From Candidatus Melainabacteria bacterium 17Bon1m (GTDB lineage: Bacteria > Cyanobacteriota > Vampirovibrionia > Obscuribacterales > Obscuribacteraceae), in contig JAVLKG010000004.1 in assembly GCA_032128875.1 (NCBI GenBank), forward strand, positions 64,001 to 128,000: a DNA stretch of 64,000 bases, in the 5' to 3' direction. The position numbers and the translations under genes are program-made. Positions 47,273-56,474 of this stretch are shown here, in pieces; within the stretch, counting starts at the first letter, position 1; each line of letters starts with the position of its first letter. The notes under the pieces are model-generated. The model made no database searches, was not told where the DNA came from, and saw only the letters and a list, made by a program, of their open reading frames with translations.

Positions 47273-49423
47273 TCAACTTTCTAGGTTAACCTTGTCACCC
47301 GGAATTATTGGTTGCAGTTTTGGAAAGTCTGCGACCGCTGCGAAGTGCTTGTAAATCCGGTTGAGGAGCGCTCTTCGATTAGCTCGCTTCTTCTCGTCCT
47401 CATCATTCACCATGACTTTTTCGAAGAATCCGTCAATTTCTGGTGTCACTTTTGCCAGCAGTTTTAACGCCTTCTCGTTGTCTGCAATTTTTTCTTTAGC
47501 GATTACTTCTTCGACTTCCTTTGAAAACTTCGCCCACAATTTCTTCTCGGCATCTTCGCTGAAGAGTGATTCAGAAACCTCATCACCAGCCGGTCCTTGC
47601 AAGATACGACCAATGCGATTTCCAACTCTGAACAGCGCCAGGCCCTCTTCGGTTTTTGCCAGCGATTCGATCAGTGCCAGGCGCTTCAAAACATCGCTCA
47701 CATCAACAAGCGGATCTTTTATTGAAAGCACAGCATCGATAATCTCTCTGCTTCTGCCGCCTTCGAGCAATCTTGCCTTCAATCTTTGAACAATGAAATC
47801 GTTGACTTCAGCACGAATCTCTTCGCGTTTGAACCCACGCTTGGAGTTTTTCAGTTTAGGTTCAAACTCATCGAGCAACTTTTCAACAAGTGCGGATACC
47901 GAGAGTGCTTTCTCGGAAAGTCCATGCACAAGGATATCTACGAGGCCCTGAGCTTGTCTTCGCAACGCATACGGATCGCTTGAACCGGACGGTTTCTTTC
48001 CGAGTGCAAACAACCCAACAACGTTGTCCAATTTATCGATTGCCGAAACGAGCTGTCCGACTGAATCTTTTGGAATGCCATCGTCAGTGTGTCTTGGAGC
48101 GTAATGCGAAGAGATGGCGGTGACGATTTCCGGCGGTTCGCCTTCTTTTTTCGCGTACCAAGATCCGACATAACCTTGCAACTCCGGCAACTCGCGAACA
48201 AGGTTACTGACCAGGTCAAGCTTGCACAATTTGGCGGTCCGCTCCAGGCACATCTTAACGTTGCTATCCAGAGCAAGCGTGTCTACGATCTGTCCGGCTA
48301 GCATTATCAGGCGATCGACCTTTTCACCGTAGCTTCCCAGACCTTCCTGGAAAGTGAGCTGGTCGAGAGCTTCTTTGCGATCGGACAGTTTTGTCTTTTG
48401 ATCATCGAAGTAAAAGAATTTGCCGTCTGCCAGACGTGCTTTGATAACGCGCTCGTTGCCTTGCTTAATCGAGGCTTGAGCTTCTTTTCTGTCATTGTTG
48501 GAGATTGTTATGAAGTACGGCAGCAAATTGTTGTCGTCGCCGTTTTTCGTTTTCTTCTCAATGGGGAAGTATCGCTGATGGTGCACCATGATCGTCTCGA
48601 TCAAAGTGTCCGGTAGCTCCAAATACTCTTTTCCAAATTCACCGACCACAGGATGCGGCCATTCGGTCAAATTGACGACTTCATCCAAAAGCGAGCCGCC
48701 CAACTGGCGCGCATCACCACCCAATTCTTTGGCTCGATCGAGCACTCCGGCTTCAATTGCCTTGCGGCGCTCGGCTGGATCGACGATTACCTTGGCGTTT
48801 TTCAGCTTATCGCTGTACTCCGAGGGGTTCTTCAAGTTGATGTCGCCGGGCGATAGGATGCGATGTCCTTGCGTAATACGTCCGGACTTGAGCCCTTCCA
48901 GTTGAAACTCGACTACTTCATCGTCCAACAACGACACGATCCACCTGATCGGTCTTGAGAACTTCATTGTGTTAGAACCCCAGACCATCGGTCGCTCAAA
49001 CGGCAATTGCCCGACCAAGCCCGGCGCTATTTCTTGAAACACTGCTTGTGCAGTCTTTCCTACAACCGTCACATTGGCAAAAAGGTGTTCGGCGCCCCCA
49101 ACTTCCTCTCGCTCCAACTGTTCCACTGTTAAGCCGTGCTTGCCTGCAAAACCAGTGGCTTGAGGCGTCGGTTTGCCATCTGCACCGAAAGCTTGCTGAA
49201 CTTTTGGACCTTTGACGCGATTGGTGGTCGTTTCCTGCTTGGCTTGAACGTTCTTGACCATGACGACCAGCCGCCGGGGGGTCGACATTGCTTTGACGCT
49301 GTCAAAAGCCAAATTGTGGGACTTAAGCGAGTCCCCCATCAGCTGTTCCAGCTTTGCCTGCGCCTCATTGATTTGGCCGGCGGGCAGTTCTTCAGTTCCA
49401 ATTTCCAGCAGGTAGTCAGGCAT
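47273..49423 (-). CDS. glyS: Glycine--tRNA ligase beta subunit
   Basis: LLEIGTEELP, TPRRL, FSRPIRWI, GNERVIKARLAD, GSSDPYALRR. Confidence 0.97.
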   Translation of the reverse strand: MPDYLLEIGTEELPAGQINEAQAKLEQLMGDSLKSHNLAFDSVKAMSTPRRLVVMVKNVQAKQETTTNRVKGPKVQQAFGADGKPTPQATGFAGKHGLTVEQLEREEVGGAEHLFANVTVVGKTAQAVFQEIAPGLVGQLPFERPMVWGSNTMKFSRPIRWIVSLLDDEVVEFQLEGLKSGRITQGHRILSPGDINLKNPSEYSDKLKNAKVIVDPAERRKAIEAGVLDRAKELGGDARQLGGSLLDEVVNLTEWPHPVVGEFGKEYLELPDTLIETIMVHHQRYFPIEKKTKNGDDNNLLPYFITISNNDRKEAQASIKQGNERVIKARLADGKFFYFDDQKTKLSDRKEALDQLTFQEGLGSYGEKVDRLIMLAGQIVDTLALDSNVKMCLERTAKLCKLDLVSNLVRELPELQGYVGSWYAKKEGEPPEIVTAISSHYAPRHTDDGIPKDSVGQLVSAIDKLDNVVGLFALGKKPSGSSDPYALRRQAQGLVDILVHGLSEKALSVSALVEKLLDEFEPKLKNSKRGFKREEIRAEVNDFIVQRLKARLLEGGRSREIIDAVLSIKDPLVDVSDVLKRLALIESLAKTEEGLALFRVGNRIGRILQGPAGDEVSESLFSEDAEKKLWAKFSKEVEEVIAKEKIADNEKALKLLAKVTPEIDGFFEKVMVNDEDEKKRANRRALLNRIYKHFAAVADFPKLQPIIPGDKVNLES

Positions 49424-49575
49424 AATTCATTTCTTTATAGGACGACAACGAAGGTCCAATTATAGAGAACGAGCCTGCTTAGCGTCTTCAAGTGTAAAGG
49501 GTATATTGTATGGGCGATGGAGGGTGACGCCCTTACCAGGCTACTGGCGCGTTTTCGGCGAATAATCTAGTTTTT

Positions 49576-50007
49576 ATGGACCCCACGCTTTTACTCGGAA
49601 TCGCAATAGCCGTTGTCATATCGCTGGCGCTCGTCGCTCGCAATGTTCTCTATGGCGAAGAAGGCGTCATAACCAAGAAAAGGCGCCTGGAAACCGGCGA
49701 CCTTGAGGTGTCTGTGCGCACCTCGGGCAACGAGTACGTGCTCGACGACCTGATGGCGCTGATGAAAAACTATTCTTTGTCAGGCAGAAACGACGAGGCA
49801 ATCGCGGCGGCAAGAAAAGCTTTGAATATCGCCGAGCAAGAATTCGGGAAGTCTGACGATGCGATTATCCCGATTTTGGAAGCATATGCAGACGTTATGC
49901 AACGCGCAAAACGCAATGTCGAGGCAAAGAATTTGAAGGAGCGAATAAGAGCGATTCGTGAGAAAAAACCTTATGAAGAGCGTTCGTTCAAACGTTCGAG
50001 ACGGTAA
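49576..50007 (+). CDS. Membrane-anchored TPR-like protein
   Basis: N-terminal TM; GRNDEAIAAARKALNIAEQEFG. Confidence 0.7.
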   Translation: MDPTLLLGIAIAVVISLALVARNVLYGEEGVITKKRRLETGDLEVSVRTSGNEYVLDDLMALMKNYSLSGRNDEAIAAARKALNIAEQEFGKSDDAIIPILEAYADVMQRAKRNVEAKNLKERIRAIREKKPYEERSFKRSRR

Positions 50008-50022
50008 CAGGAGAGGGCACCA

Positions 50023-51042
50023 TTGGTGGTGAAACTTAATTCAAAATTTTATGCACTTTCTTTTGCGTGTCTTAGTTTTTCTTTGTTCTTCAACACGCTA
50101 ACGGCGCATGGCTACAACGAGAGCGGCGCCTATGCAGGTTTGGAGTTTTATGGTTCGCCGCAAATGTCGAGAGAGGAAGTCGAGAAATTTCTCGGCTTGC
50201 ACAATGGTTCGTCATATAAATCAGCAGTCTCGGGGGTGGCGCGTCTAAAGCGCGAATTGAAGGCGCGACGCATGGACGCGAATGTTCAAATTGTCACCGG
50301 TGATGGTTCAGATATTTATGTCTCCGTTGATATTTTAGGTGACGAAAACGAGATGCCTTGTCGTATTCTGCAAGAGCCGCATCAAGTTAACTTTCGCAGT
50401 GAAGAGCCCGTTATGCTTTTGCAAAAACTGCATGAGAGGATGGATTCTCTTGAAGCAGAAGGGCGCCCTGTGAGCGAAGAATTTCGTGACGGGGTCAAAT
50501 ATTATTCAGACGAGCCTTGCAATCAGATTGTGCGGGAGCTGATTCGGCATTGCGAGCCGATGCGTGACGAGTTGATCTACCTGATTGATCATGACCCTAA
50601 TAATGTTCGGCGCCTATGCGCGGCCGAACTTTTAAGCTGGGCTGGTAATGTTCCAGATACGGCTGCGCGCTTGCTTCCAGCCGTGGACGACGTTGACTTG
50701 AAAGTGCGCACTACTGTCACGCGTTATCTTTTTAAGAGTTTGCCTTTATTGCCTGATGACTTTCCATTTGCCGATATGGTGGATGTTTATAGCCGTGACC
50801 TGGCGCGCCCGTCACATGAGGATCGCTCGAAGTCTCTGTACATGTTACTGGCCATATTGAAGAGGCGCCCGGAGCTGGTCAGGCAAGTCCGGTCGCTGGA
50901 TGAAAAGAGGATTCAACAATTGAAAGCTCGGTCGCTGGTACCCTCGATAAAATTGGCGTGCGCTCAATTCGATAAGGTGTTTACCCGCGCAAACGTAGGC
51001 CTGACGGACGTCATACCAAATTTGGATTTTTTGCAGCCATAA
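50023..51042 (+). CDS. Exported protein with possible POTRA-like and HEAT-repeat regions
   Basis: Signal peptide; DPNNVRRLCAAELL and DDVDLKVRTTV helical repeats. Confidence 0.6.
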   Translation: MVVKLNSKFYALSFACLSFSLFFNTLTAHGYNESGAYAGLEFYGSPQMSREEVEKFLGLHNGSSYKSAVSGVARLKRELKARRMDANVQIVTGDGSDIYVSVDILGDENEMPCRILQEPHQVNFRSEEPVMLLQKLHERMDSLEAEGRPVSEEFRDGVKYYSDEPCNQIVRELIRHCEPMRDELIYLIDHDPNNVRRLCAAELLSWAGNVPDTAARLLPAVDDVDLKVRTTVTRYLFKSLPLLPDDFPFADMVDVYSRDLARPSHEDRSKSLYMLLAILKRRPELVRQVRSLDEKRIQQLKARSLVPSIKLACAQFDKVFTRANVGLTDVIPNLDFLQP

Positions 51043-51168
51043 CAGTTTGAAACGTGATTACTGGGGTATTATCAAGTTAGTCGGTGGGAGTGGCTTGCAG
51101 CCTCGTTTAGACTATCTGTCATGAGGGCGCCTCCCATCGGCTCTTTTATATGTCACCGAATAATCGAA

Positions 51169-51477
51169 TCAGACTATACGCCCGGAGCCGTCGTATAGGA
51201 GGCGTTCTACGGGCTGCCCTCCGATTAGGTGTGACTCAACGATTTCTTTTACATCGTCTGGTGTGACGTGTGCGTACCAGACAGACTCGGGATAGACGAC
51301 CATCACTGCGCCATGTCCGCACTGGTCGAAACAGCCTGCTTTATTAATGCGGATTTGCTTTTTTAGCCCGCGCTCGGAGATTTCCTTTCTCAATAAATCG
51401 CAAACTTCAATTGAGCCGGAGCCGGGACAGGTTTTGCCCGAAACGCATACAAAAACGTGTTTTTCGAAAACTTGCAT
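51169..51477 (-). CDS. Thioredoxin-like [2Fe-2S] ferredoxin
   Basis: HVFVC...C...GCFDQC..G..MVVYPE.VWY. Confidence 0.93.
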   Translation of the reverse strand: MQVFEKHVFVCVSGKTCPGSGSIEVCDLLRKEISERGLKKQIRINKAGCFDQCGHGAVMVVYPESVWYAHVTPDDVKEIVESHLIGGQPVERLLYDGSGRIV

Positions 51478-51585
51478 AGTTGCCTCAATCTATTAAGAAA
51501 CACTTACAGTTTGGCTCATTGAGCGGCAGAACGCTTGACCAATAACCATATTATTGGAAGAATCTACCTTCGCACTTTGCGATTA

Positions 51586-51664
51586 GACCGCAGACAGCAC
51601 GGTGCCCTTGCGTGAGCGGGGCTTAATCACTGGATATTAGCGTATCTAGAGCCGGCTTGAGGTC
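51586..51664 (+). promoter_or_regulatory. Ribosomal protein L10 leader
   Basis: GACCGCAGACAGC...CTTAA...GCTTGAGGTC pattern upstream of rplJ. Confidence 0.75.
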
Positions 51665-51732
51665 ACAATTCGACATAGCGCACGGTTAGCCCCGAGCGTT
51701 TTTCGATACAGGGGGAATACCCTCTGCTTGTG

Positions 51733-51766
51733 ATCCCGCGGAAATATCCCTGGGATTTTTTCTTTT
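51733..51766 (+). terminator. Attenuator-like terminator in the rplJ leader
   Basis: ATCCCGCGGA-AATA-TCCCTGGGAT followed by TTTTTCTTTT. Confidence 0.5.
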
Positions 51767-51845
51767 CTGGGGAGTTTCAAGAAGTTGCGTTGCACTTGTC
51801 CTTCTGGTTCTTAGCAGACCAGATGGATCGAATAAGGAGGCGCTA

Positions 51846-52373
51846 ATGGCCACCAAGGCACGCAAGCAGGAAATCGTCGGAGAACTCAAAGAGTTCTTCA
51901 AAGACGGCAAAGTCGCGATTGTCACCGACTTGAGCGGTTTGACAGTTGCAGAAATCACCGCATTTCGCAGAAAGCTCGATTCGAGCAACGCCAAGTGCCG
52001 TATTGCTAAGAACACCCTCATTAAGATCGCAACCGATACTAGTGAGTTCGCAGCAATCGAGAAATTGGCAAAGGGTCCGTCCGCAATCATTATTGGTTAC
52101 GACGATCCGGCTGCACCTGCGAAAACAGTTGTCGACTATCTCAAAGCCCTCAAAAAGGGTGAGGTACGCGGCGGCGTGATTGAAGGCAATGCTCTTACTT
52201 CTGACGAAGTTAAGGGTCTCGCTGATTTGCCCAGCAAAGAACAATTGTTGTCATCGATTATGGGTGGACTCGATTCCGGCGCCAGAGGCATTGCCGGACT
52301 CCTCGAAGCCGTTATTCGCGACATCGCTGTTTTGGCTGAAGAAGTCGCTAAGAAGAATAACAACGCCGCATAG
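51846..52373 (+). CDS. rplJ: 50S ribosomal protein L10
   Basis: GLTVAEIT.FRRKL, KNTL, LADLPSKEQLL; AAGGAGG RBS. Confidence 0.97.
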   Translation: MATKARKQEIVGELKEFFKDGKVAIVTDLSGLTVAEITAFRRKLDSSNAKCRIAKNTLIKIATDTSEFAAIEKLAKGPSAIIIGYDDPAAPAKTVVDYLKALKKGEVRGGVIEGNALTSDEVKGLADLPSKEQLLSSIMGGLDSGARGIAGLLEAVIRDIAVLAEEVAKKNNNAA

Positions 52374-52430
52374 GCATTGGGTTCTGAACTATTCACTGCT
52401 GAAGACATAAGTTAGAGGAGTAATTTAAAA

Positions 52431-52820
52431 ATGGCTACGAAACTTTCCGTAGACGATCTGTTGGAACAAATCGGATCGCTCACACTTTTGGAAGCTGCTG
52501 ATCTGAAGAAGAAAATGGAAGAGAAGTTCGGCGTAACTGCTGCTGCTCCCGTTGCTTTCGCTGCTGCCGGTCCGGCTGCTGGCGGTGGCGCTGCTGCTGC
52601 AGAAGAGAAGACCGAATTTGACGTTGTTCTTACTTCCGTCGGCGACAAGAAGATCGAAGTTCTCAAGCTCGTACGCGAACTCACCGGCCTCGGCTTGAAA
52701 GAAGCTAAGGACCTCGTTGATGCCGCTCCGAAGCCTTTGAAGGAAAAGGTCAAGAAGGAAGAAGCAGACCAGATGAAAGAAAAGCTGGAAGCTGCTGGCG
52801 CCAAGATAGAAATCAAGTAG
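52431..52820 (+). CDS. rplL: 50S ribosomal protein L7/L12
   Basis: [33 protein letters not shown]. Confidence 0.98.
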   Translation: MATKLSVDDLLEQIGSLTLLEAADLKKKMEEKFGVTAAAPVAFAAAGPAAGGGAAAAEEKTEFDVVLTSVGDKKIEVLKLVRELTGLGLKEAKDLVDAAPKPLKEKVKKEEADQMKEKLEAAGAKIEIK

Positions 52821-52974
52821 ACCTGACATGCGCTAATCTGGGAGTAGCATCTCCCTAACGAGGCATGCAAGTCATTTGCACCTATTCACTAGTTAAGACT
52901 GCGCGGATGCGTTTGATTGTGTACAGCGCAAGCTGACAATTGACCTCCGCGCAGTTTTTCTATGGAACCAAACT

Positions 52975-54609
52975 ATGAAGTGTCCCGGCTGCGGTCTTTA
53001 TCACCCAAATCAATATGAGCGTTGCGTCTCTTGTGGAGCGTCTTTCAAAGAAGGCGGCAACGATAACTTCGGCGACGATGCGGTTGCTGGTGCCGCCGTC
53101 AATACGATGGAACATCCACGTAATCGTGCTAATTCTGAACCGGATGAGCTGGCGTATGAAGAGGCTAAACACCCTCATCAAAGACGCTCGAAGAAGCTTG
53201 GAATCAGTATTCAAAGCCGCTTGCCTACGATGGTCGGTGCACTCACGGCAGTCACTGTTCTTCTCGTTTCTGCCGGCGCGACAATTTTCTTTTTGACAAA
53301 AACGCCCGATGACGAAAGGCTTTTCACTAAAGGCAAGAAGGAGCTTGCGAATGGGCAGTATGCTTTTGCAGTGAGCACTTTGGAGCAAGCTGCTGCGTTG
53401 CGCACTAAAGATCCGCGTGTTTTTCTTGCCCTTGCCCGCGCTTATGTTGGTGTCGATCAGGTCGACAAAGCGCACGATGCGATCAGTCAGGCTCAACAAT
53501 TAGGTTCGGGCGTTGTTGAAGAACCGCAGTTGGCCTCCGATCTCGCTAATTATTATCGTCAGCGCGGCAAGTACGAAAAGGCGCTGGATCTGCTTCGTCC
53601 GCTTGCGAAGAATAATATTCCAGGAAAGAAAGCTGAACTTGCTGATCTTGATGCGATGTATGGTGATGAGGCATTACGGACCGGCAAGTTGGATCTGGCA
53701 CTGCGTTGCTGGGAAGAAGTTCGCGACTTGCGTGAAGGTTCGCGCTTTAGCGAATCCGAAGCGCGTCTGGCAACCATTTATCAGAAGATGGCATCAAGTT
53801 TCGCTTCTAAAAATGACGATCAAAAAGCACTTAGCTATTTGAGCAAACTCAATGCAATCGCGCAGAACGCGAAGAATTACGAGATGGCATCGGACCTCTA
53901 TGAAAAGAACGAGAAACTTGATCTGGCAATTGATCAAATGCGATTGGCGATCAAATATTCGACGCACAATCCGGTTTATGAACGTAAGCTTGCCGCGCTT
54001 CTGACGCGCCGTGGCAAAGAATTGCTCGATGCCGGAGACACAGATGCTGGTTATGGATATTTGCAGCAAGCGAAGAACATGGACCCTTCCAATGCTCTTC
54101 CGTCAGTCACTTTGCGTGGAGTGAACGTCGGTTTGGAAGGCGGCTTGCCTAAAATCAGTGGTGAAATTTGGAATCCCGGAGACGAACCAATCAACTCGCT
54201 CAACGTTAAAGTTGAGCTTGTAGACACCGTTTCCAAACGCGTGCTCTGGACTCGCGATCAGAAAGTCGTCGACGAGTTTGTGCAGCCACTTCAGGGACGC
54301 GATTCGAAGAGCATCGACTTTGTTGCCGGAACATCAGTGAGGATGAACGGCACCAACGAGTTTAAGGTCTATCTCGACGGCAAACTCTACAAGTCGTATC
54401 GCCTCGGTGAGAAAACGAAATCTACGCCTGATTCTTCCGATGATAATGGCGCAAGCACCTTGAGCCGTGTACGTCCAAAACCAGAACCATCGCCTGCTCC
54501 GGCTCCCGCGCCTGCGACGTCTTTACCGCAGGTTTCTCCTGATCCCGTAGAACAACCTACGAGACCGAAAGAATCTGCCGAAGACAAAACGATGAAAGAC
54601 CTCGAATAA
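52975..54609 (+). CDS. Zinc-ribbon, TM and TPR protein
   Basis: CPGC...CVSC, single TM, TPR units, beta-rich C-terminal domain, Pro-rich tail. Confidence 0.8.
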   Translation: MKCPGCGLYHPNQYERCVSCGASFKEGGNDNFGDDAVAGAAVNTMEHPRNRANSEPDELAYEEAKHPHQRRSKKLGISIQSRLPTMVGALTAVTVLLVSAGATIFFLTKTPDDERLFTKGKKELANGQYAFAVSTLEQAAALRTKDPRVFLALARAYVGVDQVDKAHDAISQAQQLGSGVVEEPQLASDLANYYRQRGKYEKALDLLRPLAKNNIPGKKAELADLDAMYGDEALRTGKLDLALRCWEEVRDLREGSRFSESEARLATIYQKMASSFASKNDDQKALSYLSKLNAIAQNAKNYEMASDLYEKNEKLDLAIDQMRLAIKYSTHNPVYERKLAALLTRRGKELLDAGDTDAGYGYLQQAKNMDPSNALPSVTLRGVNVGLEGGLPKISGEIWNPGDEPINSLNVKVELVDTVSKRVLWTRDQKVVDEFVQPLQGRDSKSIDFVAGTSVRMNGTNEFKVYLDGKLYKSYRLGEKTKSTPDSSDDNGASTLSRVRPKPEPSPAPAPAPATSLPQVSPDPVEQPTRPKESAEDKTMKDLE

Positions 54610-54610
54610 G

Positions 54611-54702
54611 GTAGGGTCTACGCCATGCGTAGACCGCTTTATGGCGTGGGGCGCATTGCATGCGCCCAGTTCTTGTGTCGTGGGGGCGTGTTGCACACGC
54701 CC
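54611..54702 (+). repeat. Cluster of three REP elements
   Basis: GTAGGGTCTACGCCATGCGTAGACC, GTGGGGCGCATTGCATGCGCCC, GTGGGGGCGTGTTGCACACGCCC. Confidence 0.88.
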
Positions 54703-54800
54703 TTTTAATTGCGTGGAGGCTTTTTGCACGCGTTCTCTTTGTGCTTTTCCTGCACTTCTGGGCATAACTAACCTAGAAGAAATAGTCAGAGGCGATCGCT

Positions 54801-56444
54801 ATGACCCTGCGCTTTTTAAAGACCCTTAAGAAGTCGTCGTTTGTTCTCGCAACATTTTTTGTGTGTGCTTCTGGTGATTTGGGTGCTGTAAACCAGACGC
54901 AGAGTTCATTGAGTTTGACTCAAAAACTTGAGGTCGGAGATTGGCGAGATGTTGATTTTGAATGTTATGAACGAATGCGAAAGCATACAACCGATGTCGA
55001 AGCAATTGTTGTTCAGGCGCGTTTGGAATCGTATAAAGGCAGAGTTGAAAACGCAATTACATTCTGCAACTGGGCCCTTTTGTTTCGTCCAAACTATGCT
55101 CTGGCTCTGTATTTAAGAGGCGTCCTTCTGAGCGACATTGGCAAGGTCGAATCTGGAAAAATGGACCTCAAACTCTTCTTAAGGCTGACGGAATTCGCAA
55201 AAACTCCATATGTTCTATACCTTAGAGCACGTGCTTTTTCATATCTGGATGATTACACTGGCGCCAAACGACAGGAAGACTTGGTTCTGAAAACCACTGA
55301 ATTGGAAACAGCTGAGATTGATTTGCTAAGTCGAGCATATGTTCTTTTAAATCGTGAAAATTGGAAAGACGCTGAAGCCATACTTACAAAACTAAGTAAA
55401 AACAATCAACACTCCCCTTTAATCCTTGGGCATCTCGCCTACTGTCACAGTCGGACAGGCAAAGTGGAGCTTGCACTTAAAGAGTTTGAATCGGTCGCAA
55501 CGATTGCACCAAGTTTCACTGCAAATTTTGCGGCTTGGGGAACAGCGTTTGAACTACAACAAAAATATGGGGAAGCAATTTCAAAGTACAGCACTGCGCT
55601 GGAGTTCGATGAATCAAATGTTTATGCGCTTCGGCGACGTGGAGTATGCTATTCAGAGATAGAAGAGTACTCGGCAGGCATTCGTGATCTAAACAAGGCA
55701 GTAAAACTTGCTCCGAACTCAAATATTGTGCTTTTGGATCGAGCATTCGTTTATAAACAAAATGGTTTTTTCAAAGAAGCAATAGCAGACTGCAATCAAG
55801 TGCTCACGAAAAATCCAAAAAATGCCACGGCTTGGTATCAGCTTGCGTGCGCTAAGGCAAGCATGAAAGATTTGAATGGAGCCAAATTAGCAAGTGAGAA
55901 GGCTTTGAAACTGTCACCTAAGTATTTAGCTGCTTTGTGCAAACATGCGTCGATTGTCAGCGAAATGGGTGACCACAAGGCTGCGCTTGCTGAGTATGAC
56001 ATGGCCGTTAAAATTAATCCGAAGTGTCCAGATGTATATTTTTCGCGCGGGCTATTGTTCCGAGATGAGAAACAGTATGCGAAGTCCATCATCGACCTGT
56101 CTAAGGCCGTTGAGCTAGAACCGAAAGATGCGCTCAATTTCTGTGCTCTTGGATGTGCAGAAGTGCGCAACCAAGATTACAAGAAAGCGATAGCCGACTG
56201 TACCAAATCAATCCAGCTAAACTCGAAAAGAGGACATCCCTATTTTTCTCGAGGTGAGGCATACTTGGCGCTCGGAAAATACGAACTGGCTTTAACTGAC
56301 TTCACCTCAGCAATTGGTACATATGCGAGTTACACAGAGGCTTTTGAGAAGCGCGCAGAAACATATAACAAGCTGAAGAAGCCCGACTTAGCTAAGCGTG
56401 ATCTTGAAAAAGCGAAACAGCTAAGACTCGCTGAAAAAGATTGA
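54801..56444 (+). CDS. Tetratricopeptide repeat protein
   Basis: More than 10 TPR units (e.g. YFSRGLLFRDEKQYAKSIIDLSKAVELEP). Confidence 0.9.
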   Translation: MTLRFLKTLKKSSFVLATFFVCASGDLGAVNQTQSSLSLTQKLEVGDWRDVDFECYERMRKHTTDVEAIVVQARLESYKGRVENAITFCNWALLFRPNYALALYLRGVLLSDIGKVESGKMDLKLFLRLTEFAKTPYVLYLRARAFSYLDDYTGAKRQEDLVLKTTELETAEIDLLSRAYVLLNRENWKDAEAILTKLSKNNQHSPLILGHLAYCHSRTGKVELALKEFESVATIAPSFTANFAAWGTAFELQQKYGEAISKYSTALEFDESNVYALRRRGVCYSEIEEYSAGIRDLNKAVKLAPNSNIVLLDRAFVYKQNGFFKEAIADCNQVLTKNPKNATAWYQLACAKASMKDLNGAKLASEKALKLSPKYLAALCKHASIVSEMGDHKAALAEYDMAVKINPKCPDVYFSRGLLFRDEKQYAKSIIDLSKAVELEPKDALNFCALGCAEVRNQDYKKAIADCTKSIQLNSKRGHPYFSRGEAYLALGKYELALTDFTSAIGTYASYTEAFEKRAETYNKLKKPDLAKRDLEKAKQLRLAEKD

Positions 56445-56449
56445 GGACC

Positions 56450-56474
56450 GGGCGACGCCATGCGTCGTCCCTAC
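56450..56474 (-). repeat. GTAG-type REP element
   Basis: Reverse complement GTAGGGACGACGCATGGCGTCGCCC. Confidence 0.85.

Noticed and set aside
22965-49423. gatA without gatB/C, glyS without glyQ, tatA without tatC
   Set aside because: Dispersal of these subunits is ordinary in cyanobacteria and relatives; not evidence of loss
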